From Acidiferrobacterales bacterium (GTDB lineage Bacteria; Pseudomonadota; Gammaproteobacteria; Acidiferrobacterales; SPGG2): DNA of 64,000 nucleotides. The first letter of the stretch is position 1. Each line of letters begins with the position of its first letter. The notes below the pieces were generated by a model. The model ran no database searches. It saw only the letters and a program-made list of their open reading frames with translations, and was not told the DNA's origin. The stretch is taken from positions 17,285 to 81,284 of the forward strand of contig JBHIDJ010000004.1 of NCBI GenBank assembly GCA_046760105.1, given 5' to 3'. This document shows, piece after piece, positions 41,788 through 52,912 of this stretch. Position numbers and translations under genes: made by a program.

Positions 41788-44345
41788 CAGAAAAGTTCCT
41801 TGGGGATAACTTGGGCCGGTGGTGCTACTACGGGGGGTAGCCCGTCGTTCTCTTCGTCGGCAACCTCAGCTTCTGGCGTTACGGGCTCGGTACCGACGAG
41901 GAAATACTCTACGATTGCGGATGGGCTCTCCGGATAGGTGGGTTCACCGGTCTCGCGATCGACGCTCACTGCTACCACACCGTCCGGTACCGGCAACGAT
42001 TTCTCGGACAGTCCCTTCAACGCTGTGTCCATGTAATCGATCCAGATCGGTAGAGCAGCACGCGCCCCAGCCTCGCCCGGTCCGAGCGATGTCGGTTGGT
42101 CGAAGCCGATCCAAGTCGTGGTGACTATATCGGGGGTGAAACCCGAAAACCACGCATCATGGAACTCATTCGTGGTACCGGTCTTGCCCGCAAGGTCTGC
42201 ACGGCCAAGCACCAACGCCCGTCTGCCGGTGCCCCGGGTGATCACGTCCTTCATTACACTCGTTATAATGAACGCGTTCTCTTTGCTGATAACACGTGGT
42301 GCATAGCGGGGTTGGAGCGCCGGTGTCTCCGCGGTCATCGGATCAACGTTCCGCACGACCATGGCAGGTCTATTATCGGGACAGTCCTCGCAAATCACGC
42401 TAGGGTTGGCCTGCTCAAGAATATTGCCATCGGCGTCTTCGATGCGACTAATGAAGTAAGGTTCCACCAGATAGCCACCGTTGGCGAATACGCCGAATGC
42501 GGTGGCCATCTGTAGCGGTGTCGCTGATGCCGTGCCCAACGCCAAGGAGAGGTTGCGCGGAAGCTTTGCACGCTCGAAGCCAAAACGTTCCAGGTACTCG
42601 GCTGCGTAATCCGGTTCAATATGCCGCAGCAGTCGTACCGACACGAGGTTGAGTGAGAGCGTAAGTGCCTTGCGCAACGGTGTTGGCCCGAAAAACTTCC
42701 GGCTGTAGTTGTGGGGCCGCCAGACATCCTCCAGCCCGGAATCTTGTTCAGAGATTACGATGGGTGCACCGCTTACGGGGGTGGCGGTGGTAAAGCCCTT
42801 TTCCAACGCGGCGGAATAAATAAATGGCTTCAGGTTGGATCCCGGCTGCCGTTGCGCCTGGATCGCGCGGTTGAACTTGCTACGGTCAAAATCGGAACCG
42901 CCGGTCAGCGCGAGAATGGCGCCATCGGTCGGGCGCAGTGAAACCAACGCCCCTGCTATTTCTGGCAACTGCGCAAGAAGCCAGTACCCTGGTTCATCCT
43001 GACCTTCGGTTTCATCATTTTGGTTTTCGGTTTTTTGTTTCTCGGCAACCTCCGTTTTTTTCTCCGCGTACTCCAAATAGATAATGTCGCCCGGTGTGAG
43101 AATGTCGGCTGCCTTCGTAGGGGCGGGTCCGCGCGTGGTTTCATCTATGTACTTACGTGCCCACGATAATCCGTCCCAGCCGATCTCCACCATATAGCCG
43201 TCCTGCGTGTAAACGCTCGCTGTCTTTTCGCCGAGTGCAAACACGATTCCCGGTAACAGCTCGCCGACAGCACGGTAGTCCTTGAGGATATCGTCTAGGT
43301 ATTCCTGATCGATCTCGGCGCCGCTGATACCGACGTGGCCGGCGGGGCCACGGTAACCGTGGCGCCGTTCATACGCGCGCAACCCGCGACGCAGGGCCCA
43401 ATTGGCCGCTTCTTGGTAGTCCGCGCGGATAGTGGTGTAGATGTGAAAGCCGCCACCATAGCTTTCCTCGTCATACCGCTCCACCATGTATTGCCGTACC
43501 ATTTCGCCAATATATGGCGCCTCAACATCGTATGTGAGAGCGTTTTTGGTTGCCGTAAGTGGAGATTCTTTGGCGGATTCATAAGTTTCGTCATCAATGA
43601 AGTCAAGCGCGCGCATGCGGTGTAGCACATAATCGCGTCGTTCGATCGCGCGGTCAGGATTGCTTAAAGGGTTATTGCGCGAAGGTGCCTTTGGCAGACC
43701 GGCGAGCGTAGCGGTCTCTGGCACTGTTAACGCATCCAGGGATTTGCCGTAGTAGACACGTGCGGCGGCCCCAAAACCGTAGGCACGATGACCGAGAAAG
43801 ATCTTATTTAGGTAGAGCTCCAGGATGTCCTTCTTAGTCAGTTGGCGCTCGATTTTGAACGCGAGCAGGATCTCTTTGAACTTGCGGGTATAGGTTTTCT
43901 CCGGGCTCAAGAAAAAGTTTCGGGCCACTTGCATGGTAATGGTGCTCGCACCTTGGCTGTGGGTGCCGGTGCGGAGGTTATGCCATGTGGCACGCGCGAT
44001 CCCCAGGAAATCGACACCGTAGTGGTTGTAGAAGTCGTCGTCCTCCGCCGCAAGAATCGCCTTGATCAGCAGAGGCGGAACCTGATCGGCCGTTAGAAGA
44101 ATACGTTTTTCCTCACCAAACTCCGCCAGCAGCCGGTTGTCTGCTGAGTAAACGCGCATGGGCACTTTGAGGCGTTCTTCGGAAAAATCGATGGACGGCA
44201 GTTGCGGCGTGAAAATAAGGGTCGCTATGGCCACAATTAGAGCTGCGCTCACGAATAATCCGAACGATATAAGGGACAGAAGCAACCACGGTCTGCGTGG
44301 GAGAGACCGGCGCACTCGAGATCCTGAAGAAGAGGGGTCGCTCAT
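41787..44345 (-). CDS. mrcA: Penicillin-binding protein 1A
   Basis: AAED, QGASTITMQVARN, RQPGSNLKP (SxxK), SLN, GKTGT; start reset to MSDPSS. Confidence 0.95.
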   Translation of the reverse strand: MSDPSSSGSRVRRSLPRRPWLLLSLISFGLFVSAALIVAIATLIFTPQLPSIDFSEERLKVPMRVYSADNRLLAEFGEEKRILLTADQVPPLLIKAILAAEDDDFYNHYGVDFLGIARATWHNLRTGTHSQGASTITMQVARNFFLSPEKTYTRKFKEILLAFKIERQLTKKDILELYLNKIFLGHRAYGFGAAARVYYGKSLDALTVPETATLAGLPKAPSRNNPLSNPDRAIERRDYVLHRMRALDFIDDETYESAKESPLTATKNALTYDVEAPYIGEMVRQYMVERYDEESYGGGFHIYTTIRADYQEAANWALRRGLRAYERRHGYRGPAGHVGISGAEIDQEYLDDILKDYRAVGELLPGIVFALGEKTASVYTQDGYMVEIGWDGLSWARKYIDETTRGPAPTKAADILTPGDIIYLEYAEKKTEVAEKQKTENQNDETEGQDEPGYWLLAQLPEIAGALVSLRPTDGAILALTGGSDFDRSKFNRAIQAQRQPGSNLKPFIYSAALEKGFTTATPVSGAPIVISEQDSGLEDVWRPHNYSRKFFGPTPLRKALTLSLNLVSVRLLRHIEPDYAAEYLERFGFERAKLPRNLSLALGTASATPLQMATAFGVFANGGYLVEPYFISRIEDADGNILEQANPSVICEDCPDNRPAMVVRNVDPMTAETPALQPRYAPRVISKENAFIITSVMKDVITRGTGRRALVLGRADLAGKTGTTNEFHDAWFSGFTPDIVTTTWIGFDQPTSLGPGEAGARAALPIWIDYMDTALKGLSEKSLPVPDGVVAVSVDRETGEPTYPESPSAIVEYFLVGTEPVTPEAEVADEENDGLPPVVAPPAQVIPKELF

Positions 44346-44537
44346 AGTGTACGTTCGACAGCTGAATTCAGCGCACGCCGAATCAGCCCGAACCTCGGGC
44401 CGCGAAGTATAAATCGAAACCAATCATCGCCAAAGGCATATTTGTCACTTCCGCTCGCCATGGTCTATATTTGGGGGTAGTATTTAACGTGCGTTTGCAG
44501 CTATCTCTCATAAGTACATGAGTTAAAACGAGATTTC

Positions 44538-45614
44538 GTGGGCGTCTTAGACAAACTATTTGGCAAAGGTAGACAGCCTGTAATTGGCATAGACGTCAGT
44601 TCGTCTGCCTGCAAGGTGCTCGAGCTCAGCCGGGCCGATGAGCACCTGCGCGTTGAGCGTTATGCGGTTGAACCCCTACCGCAGAATTCTGTTGTCGAGC
44701 ACGCTATAACCGAGGTCGAGCAGGTCGCGTCGGCGGTCGAACGTGCGGTAAAGCGCTCGGGGACCCGCTGTAAGCATGCAGCCGTAGCGGTAGCTGGGGC
44801 GCATGTGATCACCAAGACTATCCGGATGCCGGCCAATCTGAATGACTCGGAGCTACAAACACAAATCGAGATGGAGGCGGATCATTACATCCCGTATCCA
44901 CTCGATGAGGTGAACATGGATTATCAGGTGTTAGGGCCGGCCGAAGATAACGCGGAGGAGCTCGAGGTGTTGATGGCTGCATGCCGCAAGGAAATCGTTG
45001 ATGATTACGTGGCCGTCATCCAGGCGCATGGACTGACCCCTGCAGTTGTCGATATCGAGACATACGCCATGGAAAACGCTTATTCGCTTATTGCCCAACA
45101 CATGCCAGGCGGGGGCATGGAGAAGACGGTTGCGATGCTCGATGTGGGCGCGACGACGACGAATATCAACGTGATTCACAACAATCGTTCGGTTTACAGT
45201 CGCGACCATACATTTGGCGGACGTCAATTGACTGAGGAAATTCAAAGACGTTACGGATTGTCGTATGAAGAAGCGGGTCTGGCCAAGAAGCAAGGTGGAT
45301 TGCCGGATAACTACCAGACCGACGTGCTTCGCCCATTTATGGAAGCAATGTGCCAAGAGGCCATGCGCGCCTTACAGTTTTTCTATTCCTCGAGCCCCTT
45401 CAATAGTGTCGATCAGTTGTTGATGGCAGGTGGGTGCGCGCAAATCCCAGGGATTGACGAAATGGTCGCCGCGCGCATCGGTGTGCCGGCCATGGTGGCG
45501 AATCCTTTTGCGAGTATGTCACTCGCTTCGCGCATCAAGCCGCAAATGCTGGCCAACGATGCACCCTCGCTGATGATCAGTTGTGGCCTCGCGTTGCGGA
45601 GTTTTGAGCAATGA
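44538..45614 (+). CDS. pilM: Type IV pilus assembly protein PilM
   Basis: IGIDVSSS, YIPYPLDEV, GGRQLTEEIQRRYG, CGLALRSF. Confidence 0.96.
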   Translation: MGVLDKLFGKGRQPVIGIDVSSSACKVLELSRADEHLRVERYAVEPLPQNSVVEHAITEVEQVASAVERAVKRSGTRCKHAAVAVAGAHVITKTIRMPANLNDSELQTQIEMEADHYIPYPLDEVNMDYQVLGPAEDNAEELEVLMAACRKEIVDDYVAVIQAHGLTPAVVDIETYAMENAYSLIAQHMPGGGMEKTVAMLDVGATTTNINVIHNNRSVYSRDHTFGGRQLTEEIQRRYGLSYEEAGLAKKQGGLPDNYQTDVLRPFMEAMCQEAMRALQFFYSSSPFNSVDQLLMAGGCAQIPGIDEMVAARIGVPAMVANPFASMSLASRIKPQMLANDAPSLMISCGLALRSFEQ

Positions 45615-46195
45615 CCACGCAGCTCAATCTACTTCCCTGGCGCGAGATGCGCCGCAAGGAGCAGGATCGCCAACTGCTTACAATGGCGATCAGTGCGTGG
45701 ATATTGATGGGATTGATCGTGTTTTACGCGCATCTGCATGTCACTGGACTAATTGACGATCAAAATCGGCGTAACGGGTATCTTAAGCAGGAGATTGCCA
45801 AGGTTGATAAAGAGATAAAAGAGATCAAGGAACTCAAGAAGCAGCGCCAGGCATTGATCGCCCGTATGAATGTCATCTATGAACTGCAAGGCGACCGCAC
45901 CCAGATCGTCCATGTGTTTGACGATCTTGTACGCAAGTTGCCCGAAGGTATCTATTTCAGGACGCTCAAGCAGACGGGTAAGAGTATCGCAGTGAAAGGT
46001 GTCGCACAGTCCAACGCACGCGTGTCGGCACTTATGCGTAATCTCGATGCATCCGAGTGGTTTGCCAGTCCCAATCTCAACATCATAAACGTCAAGGAGG
46101 ATGGCAATGACCGGGTCAGCGAGTTTACACTAAAAGTGAAGCAGACATCGAAGGCGAAGACGGATAAGGGACAACAAAAGGGGTCGGGCTCGTGA
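45611..46195 (+). CDS. pilN: Type IV pilus assembly protein PilN
   Basis: LNLLPWRE; GVAQSNARVSALMRNL. Confidence 0.95.
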   Translation: MTTQLNLLPWREMRRKEQDRQLLTMAISAWILMGLIVFYAHLHVTGLIDDQNRRNGYLKQEIAKVDKEIKEIKELKKQRQALIARMNVIYELQGDRTQIVHVFDDLVRKLPEGIYFRTLKQTGKSIAVKGVAQSNARVSALMRNLDASEWFASPNLNIINVKEDGNDRVSEFTLKVKQTSKAKTDKGQQKGSGS

Positions 46196-46836
46196 CCTTA
46201 GATGACCTTAAAAACATAGATGTCAATAACATCCCGAGCTGGCCCCTGCCAGTCAAGATTGGCGGCGTTGTAATCGTCGGCCTGCTGATTTTGGCCGCAG
46301 GCTTCTGGTTTATTATTCGCGGCGAATGGGAGCAGTACGAACAGGCCCAGGCACAAGAGGCAAAGCTAAAGTCTACCTTTGAAAACAAAGTGGCTCTGGC
46401 TATCAATTTGACTGCATATAAGCAACAGATGGAAGAAATGAGACAGACTTTTGGCAGCCTGCTTCGGCAGTTGCCTGATACGACAGAAGTGCCGGATTTA
46501 CTCATCGATATTACCCAGGCCGGACTGGGGCGCGGATTGGAGTTCGTACTGTTTAAGCCGGAGAAAGAAAATCCAAAGGAGTTCTACGCTGAACTACCCA
46601 TAAGCGTAAAGATAAGGGGCAATTATCATGAACTGGCCCAGTTCGTGAGCGATGTGGCGGCTCTGCCGCGCATCGTGACTTTCGGGGACATCACGATAGA
46701 CCATGACAAAAAATCGACTAAGCTGGTTATGTCAGCGAAGGCTAAGACCTACCGTTATCTGGATGACGCCGAAATCGCCAAGCTCGCTGCAGCCAAGAAG
46801 AAGACCAAGAAAGGCAGGAGAAGGAAGAAGAAATAA
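46192..46836 (+). CDS. pilO: Type IV pilus assembly protein PilO
   Basis: LLRQLP..EVPDLLIDI, FYAELPI, AKTYRY. Confidence 0.95.
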   Translation: MTLDDLKNIDVNNIPSWPLPVKIGGVVIVGLLILAAGFWFIIRGEWEQYEQAQAQEAKLKSTFENKVALAINLTAYKQQMEEMRQTFGSLLRQLPDTTEVPDLLIDITQAGLGRGLEFVLFKPEKENPKEFYAELPISVKIRGNYHELAQFVSDVAALPRIVTFGDITIDHDKKSTKLVMSAKAKTYRYLDDAEIAKLAAAKKKTKKGRRRKKK

Positions 46837-46838
46837 TA

Positions 46839-47354
46839 ATGAATACACGTCTGACGATTGTGTTCGTTGTCCTATTGTGCGTCGTGCTTAGCGGTTGTGG
46901 TAGCGATGGTATGGACGACCTGCGCGACTGGGTTGTTAAGCAACGCGAGAGCCGCAAGCCTCGAGTCGAACCGCTTCCGGAGATCAGGACGCATGAATCG
47001 TTCCTTTACACAGCGGACAACATGGCTGACCCGTTTGCACCGTTTAACCTAAAACCACAAGGCGCAAGTGCAGGTGGGGCGAGGCCAGATATGAATCGTC
47101 GTAGGGATCCGCTGGAGGATTATCCGCTCGACTCGTTGAAAATGGTGGGCACGCTGACACGCGGGAATCAGTCATGGGCGGTTATTCAGGCGCCAGATGG
47201 GGCGGTACATCGGGCCAAGGTCGGCGATCATATGGGACAGAATTTCGGGATGGTCACAAAGATCACAGAGGATAAAGTGGATTTGGTCGAGCTCATCCAG
47301 AATCCGTTGGGTGATTGGATTGAACGCGAGGCGAACCTCGCGATTTCAGAATGA
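46839..47354 (+). CDS. pilP: Type IV pilus lipoprotein PilP
   Basis: LSGC lipobox; PLE.YPLDSLKMVGTL; GQNFG. Confidence 0.95.
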   Translation: MNTRLTIVFVVLLCVVLSGCGSDGMDDLRDWVVKQRESRKPRVEPLPEIRTHESFLYTADNMADPFAPFNLKPQGASAGGARPDMNRRRDPLEDYPLDSLKMVGTLTRGNQSWAVIQAPDGAVHRAKVGDHMGQNFGMVTKITEDKVDLVELIQNPLGDWIEREANLAISE

Positions 47355-47363
47355 GAGAAGCCT

Positions 47364-49925
47364 ATGAAAGGGGATGCAACAACTTTAGCAGCAACGGTTC
47401 GACAGGTACTGGCACCGCAATTTCTGGCGCTGATGCTGTTCGTGTTGGGGGTGTTGATTGCTGCCATCGCGTTCAGTGCGGAAGTGGAGTCTTTGGCTTG
47501 GGAGGACGATGCAGGCGCGGTCCTGCAGATCCGCGTAAAAGGGGAGTCGACTTATCGCACGGAGAGTCTCGAAGGCGGTCAACGTTTACGCATCACATTT
47601 TCCGACAGCACGTTGAGCCCGTCGGCGAGCGAACTAGAGAAGCGTGGCAAGGTAAAAGGCGTATATCCCTACCTGGCCGATAATGGCACAGCGGTAAACG
47701 TTGATTTATTGCTGACTGAGCCCGGACAGCTCGAGGTCGAGAAAACCACGGATGGCTACCGTGTGGCAGCGATTGCCGGTGTGACGCCCACCGTGGGGGC
47801 GGCGCCTGCAGCCGCTCCCTCCGCGCCTGTTGTGGAGCCCACAGCTCCGGTCGCCGTGCCGTCGGGTGAAAACGTGATTGAGGAGATTCGTTATGCAGCC
47901 CTTCCCGGGGGCCGCGTTCAAGTCAGCTTGAAAATGTCGCAGCCGCCACCCACGCCGGCGGCGTTCAGCATTACGAATCCCGCCAGAATAGCGCTCGATT
48001 TCGCAAACACACGGGTGGGGCTGGAGAAGAAGACGATACGTGTCAACGAAGGCGCGGTGTTGAATGTGACCGCGATCGAAGCCGAAGGTCGCACGCGCGT
48101 GGTGCTTAGTCTGGTGAGACCGGTCGCTTATACTACTGTCACCGACGGGGACACGTTGGCCCTCATCCTGGAGAGTCCAACGCAGGCGATTGCGCCAGCC
48201 CAACAACCACAGGTAACGCGCTTTACTGCGGTCCGCAAAGGCGGCAAGTTCAGTCTGCGCGATATCGATTTTCGCAGAGGCCCGTTGGGCGAGGCTCACG
48301 TTACTGTTACCTTGTCCGACCCGGCGGTGGGTATCGACGTGAGCGAACAGGCTGGGCAGATCATTCTCGATTTCTTGGACACCTCACTGCCCGTCGAACT
48401 ACAGCGCCGGCTCGACGTAGTAGACTTCGCCACGCCCGTGCAGACCATCGACGCCTTTCCTTCGGGGCGAAACACCCGCATGATCATCACGCCTAAGGGT
48501 CGCTACGAGCACACCGCCTTTCAGGCCGGTAATACATTTTCTGTCAGCGTAAAACCGATTCTGGAGAAGGAAGAAGAGCAACCCGTCGATGAGTTCGGTT
48601 ATTCCGGCGAGAAGCTGTCACTGAACTTTCAAAACATCGATGTGCGCGCGGCGCTGCAGGTACTTGCGGACTTCACGGGTCTGAATTTCGTCGTCAGTGA
48701 CACCGTCAAGGGTAGCCTCACCCTGCGACTCAAGGACGTGCCCTGGGATCAGGCTTTGGACATCATTGTCCAGAGCAAGAATCTCGCCGTACGGCGCGCG
48801 GGCAACGTCCTCACGGTGGCGCCCGCGGATGAAGTCGCGGCCAGGGAGCAGGCCGCGCTCGAGGCGACTAGGACAGTCCTTGATCTCGAACCTTTGGTCT
48901 CCGAGTTGATTCAGATCAACTATGCCAAGGCCCAAGATATTGCTCGTCTGCTGAGATCGATCAAGGCCATCCCCTCAGCAACCGTGGCGGCTGGGGAGCA
49001 TCCCGTGTTTGGTCCCACGGCGACTGGAGAGATCGTCGGCGCGACCGACAGCAATACGCTTCTATCGCCGCGTGGTCAGGTGACGGTCGATGAGCGTACC
49101 AATTCTGTGCTGATCCAGGATACCCCGCAAAAGATTCGCGAGGTCCGCAAGCTGATCGCGCAACTGGATCAGCCGGTGCGGCAGGTCATGATCGAGACAC
49201 GGCTGGTCGAGGCCACGGAAAGCTTCAGCAGGAACCTGGGCGCAAAGTTTGGGGTACAATCCGCCGAGACGACGAGCGACTTTCGGATCGAGCAGCGCTC
49301 GACGTTGGGTGCTGACGGTTTGCTCACTAATGAAGGTTTGAATGTCAATCTCCCGGCGAATAATATTGGAAACAACGTCGCATCGTCGGTAGGCTTGGTG
49401 ATTGCGAGGCTTGGTACCGGCAATCTGTTGAGCCTCGAACTTTCCGCCCTCGAGCAGGAGGGCCTCGGTAAGATCATATCGAGCCCTCGTCTGATTACCG
49501 CTAATCAGAAGAAGGCCTTGATAGAACAGGGTGAAGAGCGGGTGTTCACCACCAACGTGCTCGGCGTGGGTTCCGTGGTCACCAAGCGGGCAACGCTGAA
49601 ACTGGAGGTGACACCGCAGATTACGCCTGATGATCGCGTATTACTGGACGTCGTCATTACCAAGGACAACTTTGTAGATGCGGAACTCGGACTGCTCAAC
49701 ATAAAACAAATTGAAACTCAGGTTTTGTTAGACAATGGCGAAACTGTTGTCATTGGGGGCGTCTACGAGCGCGACAAAAACGACACGATAAACAAAGTAC
49801 CGTTCTTGGGTGACATCCCGCTGCTCGGTTGGTTGTTTAAGAACAAGGCTGTCAGAGACAGTAAGACGGAACTGTTGATCTTTCTGACTCCAAAAATCCT
49901 TTCCGAGGCCCTTACCCTTACTTAA
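47364..49925 (+). CDS. pilQ: Type IV pilus secretin PilQ
   Basis: AMIN-like domains; YSGEKLSLNFQNIDVR; VPFLGDIPLLGWLF...ELLIFLTP. Confidence 0.96.
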   Translation: MKGDATTLAATVRQVLAPQFLALMLFVLGVLIAAIAFSAEVESLAWEDDAGAVLQIRVKGESTYRTESLEGGQRLRITFSDSTLSPSASELEKRGKVKGVYPYLADNGTAVNVDLLLTEPGQLEVEKTTDGYRVAAIAGVTPTVGAAPAAAPSAPVVEPTAPVAVPSGENVIEEIRYAALPGGRVQVSLKMSQPPPTPAAFSITNPARIALDFANTRVGLEKKTIRVNEGAVLNVTAIEAEGRTRVVLSLVRPVAYTTVTDGDTLALILESPTQAIAPAQQPQVTRFTAVRKGGKFSLRDIDFRRGPLGEAHVTVTLSDPAVGIDVSEQAGQIILDFLDTSLPVELQRRLDVVDFATPVQTIDAFPSGRNTRMIITPKGRYEHTAFQAGNTFSVSVKPILEKEEEQPVDEFGYSGEKLSLNFQNIDVRAALQVLADFTGLNFVVSDTVKGSLTLRLKDVPWDQALDIIVQSKNLAVRRAGNVLTVAPADEVAAREQAALEATRTVLDLEPLVSELIQINYAKAQDIARLLRSIKAIPSATVAAGEHPVFGPTATGEIVGATDSNTLLSPRGQVTVDERTNSVLIQDTPQKIREVRKLIAQLDQPVRQVMIETRLVEATESFSRNLGAKFGVQSAETTSDFRIEQRSTLGADGLLTNEGLNVNLPANNIGNNVASSVGLVIARLGTGNLLSLELSALEQEGLGKIISSPRLITANQKKALIEQGEERVFTTNVLGVGSVVTKRATLKLEVTPQITPDDRVLLDVVITKDNFVDAELGLLNIKQIETQVLLDNGETVVIGGVYERDKNDTINKVPFLGDIPLLGWLFKNKAVRDSKTELLIFLTPKILSEALTLT

Positions 49926-49938
49926 TACTTTGATACGG

Positions 49939-49977
49939 TCAAGCATCCCTACCGGCGTTGCCGGCAGGGATGCTTGA
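49939..49977. repeat. Long near-perfect inverted repeat (REP-like)
   Basis: tcaagcatccctaccggc-gtt-gccggcagggatgcttga; 18-bp arms with one mismatch. Confidence 0.7.
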
Positions 49978-50011
49978 TTTATTCCGGTTAGGCTGGCATA
50001 CCTGCGAGGCC

Positions 50012-50548
50012 ATGAAGGTCCCGGGGAATATATTCCTTATCGGCTCCATGGGGGCCGGCAAGTCTACGATCGGGCGTCAGCTCGCCGAGCTCTTGAGCAA
50101 GGACTTCTATGACTCTGATCAGGAGATCGAGCGACGCACGGGTGCGAGTATCGCGCTTATTTTTGAGATCGAAGGCGAAGTCGGGTTTCGCAAACGCGAA
50201 ACGGCCGTCTTAGATGACCTCACACGCCTCGACAACGTGGTGCTTGCCACAGGTGGCGGCATCGTCCTGTCGGAGGAGAACCGTATCCTCCTTCGCAAAC
50301 GTGGTATCGTTGTCTACCTAGCCGCCGATATCGATACGCTGACGCAACGCACCCGTCGCGATCGCAATCGCCCATTGTTACAGAAGAGCGACCGCCGGCA
50401 AAAGCTTGAGGAATTAATGAAACAACGCGAGCCCCTCTATCGACGGGAGGCCGATCTCGTCATGACAACGAGCCGACGGTCGCCGGCGGCGGTGGCACGG
50501 AAGATTGCGGCTGCCCTGCATTCGCTGAATGTTGATGAAGACGCTTAA
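50012..50548 (+). CDS. aroK: Shikimate kinase
   Basis: [20 protein letters not shown]; start reset to MKVPGN. Confidence 0.96.
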   Translation: MKVPGNIFLIGSMGAGKSTIGRQLAELLSKDFYDSDQEIERRTGASIALIFEIEGEVGFRKRETAVLDDLTRLDNVVLATGGGIVLSEENRILLRKRGIVVYLAADIDTLTQRTRRDRNRPLLQKSDRRQKLEELMKQREPLYRREADLVMTTSRRSPAAVARKIAAALHSLNVDEDA

Positions 50549-51620
50549 TCTAGAGCTTGGGCAACGCAGCTACCCGATCTATATTGGTAAGGGCCTGCTC
50601 TCACGCGTCGATCTACTCACGCCTTATCTTAGCGACTGCCGCGTGGTGGTGGTCAGCAATGACACGGTTGCATCGCTGTACTTGGAGACGGTGATGAGTG
50701 TGCTTGCGCGGCAGCAACCGCTGTCGATTGTGCTGCCCGACGGCGAACAGTATAAAAACCTGGAAATACTCGATCGTGTCTTTACGGCGCTGCTGACTGA
50801 GCATTGTGACCGGCATACCACTTTAATTGCCCTCGGCGGCGGTGTCGTCGGTGATCTCACCGGTTTCGCGGCCGCATGCTACCAACGCGGAGTCCCGTAT
50901 ATACAGATGCCGACTACGCTATTGGCCCAGGTAGACGCGTCTGTTGGCGGTAAAACGGCGGTAAACCATCCACTTGGCAAGAATATGATCGGCGCGTTTT
51001 ATCAACCACGATGCGTTGTTATCGATACGGACACCTTGGATACGCTTCCGGACAGGGAACTCTCTGCGGGGCTCGCTGAAGTCATCAAATACGGACTGAT
51101 CCGGGACGCGCAGTTTTTCGCCTGGCTTGAAGACAACGTCGATCGACTAATCGATCGCGATCCCGCAGCCATTAGCTTTGCCATCCATCGTTCTTGCCAC
51201 AACAAAGCGGAGGTGGTGAGTGCTGATGAAAAGGAAACAGGTATGCGCGCTCTGCTGAATCTGGGACACACCTTCGGGCACGCGATCGAAACGGGTCTTG
51301 GGTATGGAACGTGGTTGCACGGTGAGGCGGTGGCGGCCGGCATCGCCATGGCGACGGACCTATCAAGCCGCACGGGATGGTTGCCGACGGCCGACGTCGA
51401 GCGCATTGTGCGCCTACTAAAGCGCGCGAAGCTGCCGGTGCAGGCGCCAGCCGCGATCGACCCCTCACGTCTCTTGGAGCTCATGGCCGTGGATAAGAAA
51501 GTCCAGGGCGGGCGACTGCGGCTCGTGTTGCTCAAGGCCATCGGCGACGCGGTTGTTATTGATAATTTTGAGCGCGAACAGCTGGTGCAGACACTGCGTT
51601 CATGTCGGACTGAGCAATGA
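50529..51620 (+). CDS. aroB: 3-dehydroquinate synthase
   Basis: [35 protein letters not shown]. Confidence 0.97.
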   Translation: MLMKTLNLELGQRSYPIYIGKGLLSRVDLLTPYLSDCRVVVVSNDTVASLYLETVMSVLARQQPLSIVLPDGEQYKNLEILDRVFTALLTEHCDRHTTLIALGGGVVGDLTGFAAACYQRGVPYIQMPTTLLAQVDASVGGKTAVNHPLGKNMIGAFYQPRCVVIDTDTLDTLPDRELSAGLAEVIKYGLIRDAQFFAWLEDNVDRLIDRDPAAISFAIHRSCHNKAEVVSADEKETGMRALLNLGHTFGHAIETGLGYGTWLHGEAVAAGIAMATDLSSRTGWLPTADVERIVRLLKRAKLPVQAPAAIDPSRLLELMAVDKKVQGGRLRLVLLKAIGDAVVIDNFEREQLVQTLRSCRTEQ

Positions 51621-52765
51621 GTCTCGCGCCCTACGCCGCCAGCGATGCTACCTCTCGCGGCCGGCGCCACAAGGAGCCGGAACCAGCCTATCGCGGGCAA
51701 TATCAGCGTGACCGCGATCGCATCATTCATTGCGCCGCCTTTCGTCGTCTGGAATACAAGACGCAAGTATTCGTCAATCACGAAGGTGACCTGTTCCGCA
51801 CGCGCCTTACACACTCCTTGGAGGTTGCCCAGATCGGGCGCTCGGTTGCAAGGGCACTGAAGCTGAACGAGGACCTCACCGAGGCAATCGCGCTGGCGCA
51901 TGATCTCGGGCACACGCCGTTTGGCCACTCGGGTCAGGATGCGTTGAACGATTGTCTGCGTGAGTACGGGGGTTTCGAACACAATTTGCAGTCGTTGCGA
52001 GTGGTCGATGTGCTAGAAGAGCGGTATGCGGAGTTCCCGGGTCTTAATCTCACTTTCGAGGCGCGCGAAGGGATCTTAAAGCATTGCTCACTGAAGAATG
52101 CCGAAGCGCTAGGTGAACTGGGTAAACGTTTTATCGAGCGCAAACAACCAGGACTAGAGGCACAACTCGCCAATCTCGCGGATGAGATTGCCTATAACAA
52201 CCACGATGTCGATGACGGTCTGCGCTACGGCTTGATAAGTGTTGAGCAACTCATGGAAGTGGGGCTATTCGCCGATCAGTATTCACAGGTCGAACAACAT
52301 TATCCCGGCCTGCCACTGCGACGCCGGGTGCATGAAACCGTTCGTCGTATGATCAATCATGTTGTTGTGGATTTGATTGAAAACAGTGAGCGCCTCATTT
52401 CCGGATCGGCGGTGCAAAGCATTGACGATGTGCGCAACTGCGATAAGCCGCTGATCACTTACAGCGCAACCGTCGGCGAAAAAGTGGTGGTGCTAAAGCA
52501 GTTTCTTAGAAAGAATCTCTATAGTCATTACCGCGTCAAACGCATGAGTCGCAAGGCGACAAAGATCATAAGGGATTTATTCGACACCTTGATGGAAGAT
52601 CCACGGCTTTTGCCGCCACAATACCAAGCGAAGGTGTCCGATAAGGGTGGGGCGTGTGATCCAAACGCAAGAGCCCGTATTGTTGCCGACTACGTTGCGG
52701 GCATGACCGACCGTTATGCGATTAACGAGCATGCACGCTTGTTTAACCCTGCCGAACTGACCTAA
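51617..52765 (+). CDS. dgt: Deoxyguanosinetriphosphate triphosphohydrolase-like protein (HD family)
   Basis: [38 protein letters not shown]. Confidence 0.92.
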   Translation: MSLAPYAASDATSRGRRHKEPEPAYRGQYQRDRDRIIHCAAFRRLEYKTQVFVNHEGDLFRTRLTHSLEVAQIGRSVARALKLNEDLTEAIALAHDLGHTPFGHSGQDALNDCLREYGGFEHNLQSLRVVDVLEERYAEFPGLNLTFEAREGILKHCSLKNAEALGELGKRFIERKQPGLEAQLANLADEIAYNNHDVDDGLRYGLISVEQLMEVGLFADQYSQVEQHYPGLPLRRRVHETVRRMINHVVVDLIENSERLISGSAVQSIDDVRNCDKPLITYSATVGEKVVVLKQFLRKNLYSHYRVKRMSRKATKIIRDLFDTLMEDPRLLPPQYQAKVSDKGGACDPNARARIVADYVAGMTDRYAINEHARLFNPAELT

Positions 52766-52912
52766 GGTGCACCTGACATCGGGCGCTAACACAGGGCAAA
52801 GGCGTCCTCCCCCGTACGCATCCGATTGAACGGGCCGAGACCCGTCTGTATACTTTTTCGACTTTTCGCCTTGAAATCCATGGGGTTTTTGTCGGCGCGA
52901 TTAACGTTAGTC

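Noticed and set aside
51002-51982. 326-aa minus-strand ORF and other long antisense ORFs (e.g. 37138-37977, 10952-11629)
   Set aside because: Shadow frames of well-supported genes in GC-rich DNA, with no recognisable motifs
51617-52765. dGTPase as an anti-phage defence gene
   Set aside because: It sits in the ordinary aroK-aroB-dgt housekeeping context with no defence-island neighbours
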